From an uncultured Pelagibacteraceae bacterium (lineage in GTDB: Bacteria > Pseudomonadota > Alphaproteobacteria > Pelagibacterales > Pelagibacteraceae): a stretch of DNA of 64,000 nt. Location: the NCBI GenBank assembly GCA_902559075.1, contig CACEGO010000004.1, forward strand, positions 84 to 64,083. Direction: 5' to 3'. This document shows, piece by piece, positions 58,163 to 64,000 of the stretch (position 1 is its first letter; each line of letters opens with the position of its first letter). The position numbers and the translations under genes were made by a program. The notes beneath the pieces were generated by a model, which saw only the letters and a program-made list of their open reading frames with translations, did no database searches and was not told the origin of the DNA.

Positions 58163-58768
58163 ATGATTAATTTTTTGATAAAAAAAAGCTTAATTCTTTT
58201 TATCATTTTTTTTCTCTCAGCGTGTTCATCAATACCTAAAAATACTGCAAATAGTTGCTCAATATTTAATGAAAGATATTTGTGGTATAAACATGCAAAA
58301 AAAACTGAGAAAAAATGGGGAACTCCAATTTATTTACAGCTTGCAATTATAAAGATGGAGTCCAGTTTTGATTGGTTAGCAAAACCACCAAGACAAAAAT
58401 TATTTAAAATCGTTCCCTATAAGAGACCATCAAGTTCTTTTGGATACTCACAAGCAGTTAAAGGAACATGGAGGCAATATAAAGATGAAACTGGAAATAA
58501 ATATGCAACAAGAGCAAGATTTAAAGATAGTGTTGATTTTATTGGATGGTACACAAGTAAAACAGAAAAAATTTTAAAAGTTCCAAAAACTGATGCTTTC
58601 AAGCAATATATTGCTTATCATGAAGGTTGGGGTAACTACAAAAATTATAAAAATAATAAAAAAGTTATAAATTTAGCAAATAGAGTGGAAAAACAATCAA
58701 ATATTTATAAGAAACAATTATCAGATTGCAAAAAATCTTTATCAACAAAAAAGTATATAATTTTTTAA
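58163..58768 (+). CDS. Lipoprotein with an SLT/lysozyme-like transglycosylase domain
   Basis: Lipobox FLSAC; AII.MESSF (catalytic Glu-like), GYSQA, AYHEG.G. Confidence 0.75.
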   Translation: MINFLIKKSLILFIIFFLSACSSIPKNTANSCSIFNERYLWYKHAKKTEKKWGTPIYLQLAIIKMESSFDWLAKPPRQKLFKIVPYKRPSSSFGYSQAVKGTWRQYKDETGNKYATRARFKDSVDFIGWYTSKTEKILKVPKTDAFKQYIAYHEGWGNYKNYKNNKKVINLANRVEKQSNIYKKQLSDCKKSLSTKKYIIF

Positions 58769-61700
58769 TTTAATTGTTTTTTTAATTCAATATCAACTGC
58801 ATCAATACGTTTAGTATTTTTGGCAAGAGCTAGATACATTGTAGGAGTTACATACAAAGTAAAGAAAGTTGAAATAATCATTCCTCCTAAAATTGTAGAA
58901 CCAACAGCCAGCCTTGAGCCCTCACCAGCGCCTGGACCAATATTCCCAATAACTAATGGAAGCATTGCTATCATTGTACTAAGTGAAGTCATTATGATTG
59001 GTCGAATCCTAAGCTGACAAGCTTTGATTATTGCATCTTGAATTTTAACACCTGTTGTTCTTATCTGATTTGTATAGTCTACAATTAAAATACTATTTTT
59101 TGTAGATATACCAATAAGTATAATCAATGCTATTTGTGAAAATATATTTACCGAACTGTTTAAAAATAAGATGAACACTAACCCACCAAATACAGCCAGA
59201 GGAACAGTTAAAATAATAATAAATGGATGAACAAAAGAATTAAATGTTGCTGCCATCACTAAGTAGGCGGTTAATAAAGCAAGTGCAAAAATTAAATATA
59301 TTTCATTTGTTGTTTCTTTTAATTCTTCTGATTTTCCTTTCCAGGTTATCTGATTTTGAGGAGCAACTTTCATCATTACATTTTCTAAATATTTAACTGC
59401 TTCTGTCAGCGTATATTCCTCTGAAAGGGCTGCTGAGATTGTTACAGCTCTTTGACGATTGTATCTTGGTAATGCTTCAGCAGTCCCTTTTTCCTCAAAT
59501 TCTACAAGACTTGCTACTGAAACTAATTTTCCTGTTGTTTCAGATCTTACAAATATTTTTGATAAACCATCTTTGTCTCTTCTGTCAGCTAAATATTGTT
59601 GTAAGATTATTGGATACTCTCTACCTTCCTTACTAAATGAAGTTACTCTTTTTCCACCATAGAGTGTTTCAAGAGTTCTACCTATATTTTCTGTAGATAC
59701 ACCCAAGTCATTAGCTCGATTTTTATTTGTGATTAATTTAACTTCTGGTTTATTTTTTGTATAATCACTTTCTATTCGAAACATGTTTCTATTTCTTCTT
59801 AATTCTCTTAGAACATTATCTTGGATTTCTTCTAGTTCCTCATAGCTTGTTCCGTAAATAACCATTTGTACTGGTTTGTTATAACTTGAGACTCTTATTC
59901 CTTGTGGAGATATCGGAAATGCAAAAGTTTCAGGAACAGAAACCACTTGTCCTATAGCTTCCCTCAAAACTGTTTGACTGTTTTTTTCTCTATTCTTCCA
60001 TTCATCAAGTAAAGCAATGATTATAAAAGAGTTATAAGAAGTTGCGGATCTTCCAAAGCCAGGAACTCTCATTATTAGTCTTTCGTAAGGGCTATCTTCT
60101 GCTTGTAATAATCTTAATATTCTTCCTTCAATTATTTGAGCTTTTTCTTGAGTATATTCAAACGAGCTTCCTTCGTCAGTTGATCCAATTATTAAGTAAG
60201 ATCCTCTATCCTCTATAGGTAACAATTCTTTTTTTGAAAAACTAAAAAGATATGCAGATGATGCGATGATAAGAATTATAAATATAGAAATAGTTTTTTG
60301 TCTATTAATCCAATACTTAAGTGAATTAATATAAAATCCAGTAAAAGATTTAAATCCATTATTAAATTTTTTAACTAAAAAATTAATTTTTTCTTTTTTA
60401 TTTAAAAACTTGCTTCCAAGCATCGGAGATAGAGTTAATGCAACAAATGAGGATACCACAATAGAGAAAGACAATGCTATTGCAGTTTCTTTAAATAATG
60501 TTCCAGAAATTCCTTTAATAAAAATTAAAGGCAAGAAAACTGCAATTAAAATCAAAGTAGTTGCAATAATAGCAAATGTTATTTGTTTTGAACCTTTATA
60601 AGCAGCAACTAATGGTGTTTCACCATTTTCTATCCTTGTATATATTGCATCAGTCATAATTACAGAGTCATCTGTAATTATCCCTATTGCTAGAATAAAA
60701 CTTAACAATACAAAAATATTTATAGAAAGATCAAATATATATAATCCAAGAAATGAACCAATTAAACTAACTGGCAGCGCTACTGCTGGTACGATTACTG
60801 CTTTAAGATTACCCAAAAAAAGATAAATGATCAAGACAACTAGAACAAAAGCAATGACTAAACTCTTATACACCTCTTCGATTGCAGCACCAATGTAAGT
60901 AGCTCTATTAAATGCAATTTCTAATTTTAATCCATCAGGTAAGGATTTATTAAGTTCTTTTATTTTAACCTTAATTTGGTTAGATAGCTCTACTGTGGAA
61001 GCCCCACTTTTTGCATAAATTCCAATCCCAACAGTTTTTAAATTCACAGCATTTTTTCTTTGTGCCTTAAATAAAGTTTTTTCTGAGACAGGCCCAAACT
61101 CAACATTTGCAACATCTGAAAGAATTATTACTTTGTCTTTATTTTTTCTAAGAGGAAGTTGCTTTATTGTGTCTATGTTTGAATAAGATTTATCAATATT
61201 TAAAGTTAAATCTTTATTGTTTGCTTCTAAAGTACCAGCAGGAATATTGAGATTCTCATTTCTTAAAGCTCTTTCCACCTCTTGTATTGTAAGATTATTA
61301 GCGGCTAATTTAATAGGGTCTATCCAAACTCTGACACTAAGTTCTCTTAGTCCACCAACTAAAATTCTTCCGACGTTTGGTACACTTGAAAAAGCATCTA
61401 TAAGATATCTTTCAGCATAATCTCCAAGATCAAGATCACTCCAATTTGGGGATGAAAGTGCTACCCACATAGTTGTTGTGAAACCTGCTGCTTGTTTTAA
61501 AATTTGTGGTGGGTTTGATTCGCTTGGTAAATTATCCACAACACGAGCAACTCTTTCTCTAATATCATTAGCCGCGTCGTCTAAGTCAATATCTGTATTA
61601 AATTGAATATTAATCCTACTTCTCCCATTTAAAGAACTTGAATCGATATTTTTTATTCCTTCTGCACCACCTATAACATCCTCAAGTTTTTGAGTTATTT

Positions 61701-61887
61701 CTTCATCAACTATCTCTGCTGATGCAGATTTATAATCTGTTTGTACTTGGACTACAGGGGGTTGAATACCATCAGGGAGTTCTCGAACTGGAAGTTCTGA
61801 AAAAACAAATACACCAAATATAATTAAAATTAAAGACATCACCCAGGCTACTACAGGTCGTTTTATACTTACTTCAGTTATATACAT
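58765..61887 (-). CDS. RND efflux transporter permease (HAE1-like)
   Basis: 1040 aa; IKRPV N-terminus; proton-relay motifs GIITDDS, KNSILI, RIRPIIMTS. Confidence 0.93.
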   Translation of the reverse strand: MYITEVSIKRPVVAWVMSLILIIFGVFVFSELPVRELPDGIQPPVVQVQTDYKSASAEIVDEEITQKLEDVIGGAEGIKNIDSSSLNGRSRINIQFNTDIDLDDAANDIRERVARVVDNLPSESNPPQILKQAAGFTTTMWVALSSPNWSDLDLGDYAERYLIDAFSSVPNVGRILVGGLRELSVRVWIDPIKLAANNLTIQEVERALRNENLNIPAGTLEANNKDLTLNIDKSYSNIDTIKQLPLRKNKDKVIILSDVANVEFGPVSEKTLFKAQRKNAVNLKTVGIGIYAKSGASTVELSNQIKVKIKELNKSLPDGLKLEIAFNRATYIGAAIEEVYKSLVIAFVLVVLIIYLFLGNLKAVIVPAVALPVSLIGSFLGLYIFDLSINIFVLLSFILAIGIITDDSVIMTDAIYTRIENGETPLVAAYKGSKQITFAIIATTLILIAVFLPLIFIKGISGTLFKETAIALSFSIVVSSFVALTLSPMLGSKFLNKKEKINFLVKKFNNGFKSFTGFYINSLKYWINRQKTISIFIILIIASSAYLFSFSKKELLPIEDRGSYLIIGSTDEGSSFEYTQEKAQIIEGRILRLLQAEDSPYERLIMRVPGFGRSATSYNSFIIIALLDEWKNREKNSQTVLREAIGQVVSVPETFAFPISPQGIRVSSYNKPVQMVIYGTSYEELEEIQDNVLRELRRNRNMFRIESDYTKNKPEVKLITNKNRANDLGVSTENIGRTLETLYGGKRVTSFSKEGREYPIILQQYLADRRDKDGLSKIFVRSETTGKLVSVASLVEFEEKGTAEALPRYNRQRAVTISAALSEEYTLTEAVKYLENVMMKVAPQNQITWKGKSEELKETTNEIYLIFALALLTAYLVMAATFNSFVHPFIIILTVPLAVFGGLVFILFLNSSVNIFSQIALIILIGISTKNSILIVDYTNQIRTTGVKIQDAIIKACQLRIRPIIMTSLSTMIAMLPLVIGNIGPGAGEGSRLAVGSTILGGMIISTFFTLYVTPTMYLALAKNTKRIDAVDIELKKQLN

Positions 61888-61891
61888 TTAA

Positions 61892-62887
61892 CTATTTTTT
61901 TTCTTTTTCAGATTTCTTAAAAATATTTTTTAACCAATCAAATTTACCTTTTTTTTCTTCACCTTTTTTTGCTTTCTTTTTTTTACCCCAACTTGAGCCA
62001 CTTTTTTTTTTCTTAGCTCCTTTTTCAATTGGTCTGATGGTTAAATTTGGTCTAACTTTTTTTGTCCCTTCAGCTACAATTTTATCGCCATTATTCAATC
62101 CATTTAAAATTTCCACGAAACCTAAATATCTGTCACCTATAATTACTTTTGTTTTCATTACCTTATTTTTTTCATCAACTTTATAGATAAAAATATTTTC
62201 ACCTTCGACTAGGGTACTTGTATCAGGTGCACTCAAACCATCCCTTACATTATATTTTATCGAAATTTCTAAAAATGAGCCTGGAAGTATTTCTCCGGCC
62301 ATATTGTCCATCTTTATTCTAGTAGCTAAAGATCTAGTATCCTCACTTATTCTGCTGGCAAAGGAGTCAACTTTACCTTTATAGATTTTATCTTTGTATC
62401 CAGAAAATTTTATATCTACAGGCAAACCAACCTTTATAAATGGAACAAAAATTTCAGGTATATCCACATCACAATATAGTGAACTAGTATCTTCTAGATT
62501 AATTAATATTGAGGATTTTGAAACCTCTATATCTTCAGAGAATTCTCTTTTTCCAATAGTTCCATCAAATTGAGCAATAATTTTTCTATTTTTAAGATTA
62601 GCTATGATATCCCCTTTTTTTACTTTTCGATTAAAGCTTATTGGTTTTAAAATTTCATATTTTTCAACTTTAAAAGATTGAGTTTGAATTGGGGCCGCAG
62701 TTCCAAACGTGCTAATTACGTTTTCAAATACTCTTTCCTGAGTAGTAGTTACTATTATTCCTGGAGGTGGCCTCTTACTAAATTTTTTTTTGAAATGATT
62801 TCCAATCATTGTTCTTCCAATGATTACAGTTGCGATTATTAAGAAAAAAATAATAACTATACTTGTTATTTTAGTAGATGTTTTCAT
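61892..62887 (-). CDS. RND periplasmic adaptor (MFP) lacking the alpha-hairpin, with a Lys-rich C-terminal tail
   Basis: N-terminal TM anchor; lipoyl halves VKKGD and IIAQFDG joined directly; beta-barrel TRS and LPG motifs; membrane-proximal GL..GDKIV. Confidence 0.88.
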   Translation of the reverse strand: MKTSTKITSIVIIFFLIIATVIIGRTMIGNHFKKKFSKRPPPGIIVTTTQERVFENVISTFGTAAPIQTQSFKVEKYEILKPISFNRKVKKGDIIANLKNRKIIAQFDGTIGKREFSEDIEVSKSSILINLEDTSSLYCDVDIPEIFVPFIKVGLPVDIKFSGYKDKIYKGKVDSFASRISEDTRSLATRIKMDNMAGEILPGSFLEISIKYNVRDGLSAPDTSTLVEGENIFIYKVDEKNKVMKTKVIIGDRYLGFVEILNGLNNGDKIVAEGTKKVRPNLTIRPIEKGAKKKKSGSSWGKKKKAKKGEEKKGKFDWLKNIFKKSEKEKK

Positions 62888-62890
62888 ATG

Positions 62891-63706
62891 TTAATACTTT
62901 CCATACTCTGACCAAGAGCCATCGTATATTGTGGGCTTATATTTAACATTTATTAGAGAATAAGCTAGTGCCAATACACTTGCAGTTACTCCTGAACCAC
63001 ATGAAAATACTATATTTTTACTGTGTTCAAATTTAAATGAAGCAAATTTTTCTTTGATTTTATCTTTACTTATAAAAGTATTATCTTCATTATTTATTAA
63101 TTCTGAAAATGGGAGGCAAAAAGAATTTTTTATAGATCCACTTCTAAGACCTTTTCTTGGCTCGGCAACTTTACCTTCAAATCTTTCTCTACTTCTTGCG
63201 TCAACAACATTAAAATCTTTCTTATCAATATTTTCTTCTATTTGTTTTTTATTTTTTACAAGTTTTATATTTTCTTTACATGTGTAATTAGAATCTTGAA
63301 TTATTACTTTTTTATTATTTGTAGGCTTGTTTTCTTTTTTCCATTTTTTTAACCCTCCATCTAGCACATGAACTAGCTTTGGATCATGGCCATAATAAAT
63401 TAAATTATACCAACATCTACAAGAACTAATTACATCAGAGTTATCATAAACTACTATTCGATCATTATTTTCTATACCCATATTATTCATTATTTTAACC
63501 CATGATTTAGTATCTGTTAGCATATGTGGTAGATCTGTATCTAATTTTGAATTTTTGTCTAAATCAAAAAAAATTGCATTTGGTATATGTTCTTGAGTAT
63601 ACTCTTCAAAACCATTTCTTTGAGCTTGAGGCATATGCCATGAGCAATCAATAATTTTTACTTTATCAATATTATTTTCTAACCAGCTGGTATCAACTAA
63701 AGACAT
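62891..63706 (-). CDS. sseA: 3-mercaptopyruvate sulfurtransferase / rhodanese
   Basis: HIPNA, VLDGG, DARS..RFEG, active loop CGSGVTA, YDGSWSE. Confidence 0.88.
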   Translation of the reverse strand: MSLVDTSWLENNIDKVKIIDCSWHMPQAQRNGFEEYTQEHIPNAIFFDLDKNSKLDTDLPHMLTDTKSWVKIMNNMGIENNDRIVVYDNSDVISSCRCWYNLIYYGHDPKLVHVLDGGLKKWKKENKPTNNKKVIIQDSNYTCKENIKLVKNKKQIEENIDKKDFNVVDARSRERFEGKVAEPRKGLRSGSIKNSFCLPFSELINNEDNTFISKDKIKEKFASFKFEHSKNIVFSCGSGVTASVLALAYSLINVKYKPTIYDGSWSEYGKY

Positions 63707-63707
63707 T

Positions 63708-64000
63708 TTATCTTTTTTCTAAATATCTTTGATGATATTCCTCAGCTGGACAATAATTTTTAACCAAAGAAACTTTTGTCACAACTTTTCCTGATAATTT
63801 TACCTTTTCTTTCTCAATCATTTTTTCAGCAATGCTTTTTTGATTATCATTTAAATAGAATATTTCACTTCTATATTGAGTTCCAAAATCTGGTCCCTGA
63901 GAATTTAAGGTTGTAGGGTCGTGTATTTCAAAAAAGAATTCAATAATTTTCTCATAAGATATAATTTTAGGATCAAAATCTAATTTAACCACTTCAGCAT
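63708..64000 (-). CDS. msrA: Peptide methionine sulfoxide reductase A (5' part outside window)
   Basis: HAEVV, HDPTT...QGPDFGTQYRS, AEEYHQ.Y; frame open to the window edge. Confidence 0.93.
   Translation of the reverse strand, partial: AEVVKLDFDPKIISYEKIIEFFFEIHDPTTLNSQGPDFGTQYRSEIFYLNDNQKSIAEKMIEKEKVKLSGKVVTKVSLVKNYCPAEEYHQRYLEKR

Overview
Very AT-rich, gene-dense core-genome segment of a SAR11 / Pelagibacter-type alphaproteobacterium (inferred from a Pelagibacter-like DmdA, class I LysRS, tiny or overlapping intergenic spacers and alphaproteobacterial synteny). Contents in order: DMSP demethylation genes (dmdC-dmdB-alpha/beta hydrolase-dmdA); asd, sdhCDAB, mmsA, mdh, sucCDAB, lpdA, priA, atpHAGDC; a minus-strand metX-metW-gloB / rplU-rpmA-obgE-proBA-nadD-rsfS-ctpA-rppH block headed by a SAM-II riboswitch; hisC-tyrC; trkH-ampG-NlpC/P60; lysS-pyrD; rpmB-yhhQ; a decarboxylase / deoxyhypusine-synthase-like / agmatinase polyamine operon; regA, bioY, polA, chvI-chvG (chvG frameshifted in an A10 run), ahcY-tsaE-amgK-murU, gpmA, an SLT-like lipoprotein; and msrA-sseA-MFP-RND. 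I saw no tRNA, rRNA, CRISPR or mobile element. Most notable observations: (1) both heme b axial histidines of SdhC/SdhD are substituted, suggesting a heme-free complex II; (2) the RND adaptor protein lacks its alpha-hairpin, has a poly-Lys/amphipathic tail, and is co-operonic with sulfur-redox genes; (3) an intact serine hydrolase sits in the dmd operon where dmdD is missing, and mmsA is embedded in the TCA cluster; (4) an agmatine-route homospermidine-type operon has a possible Arg-codon leader-peptide attenuator. All calls come from motif reading by eye; no searches were run.
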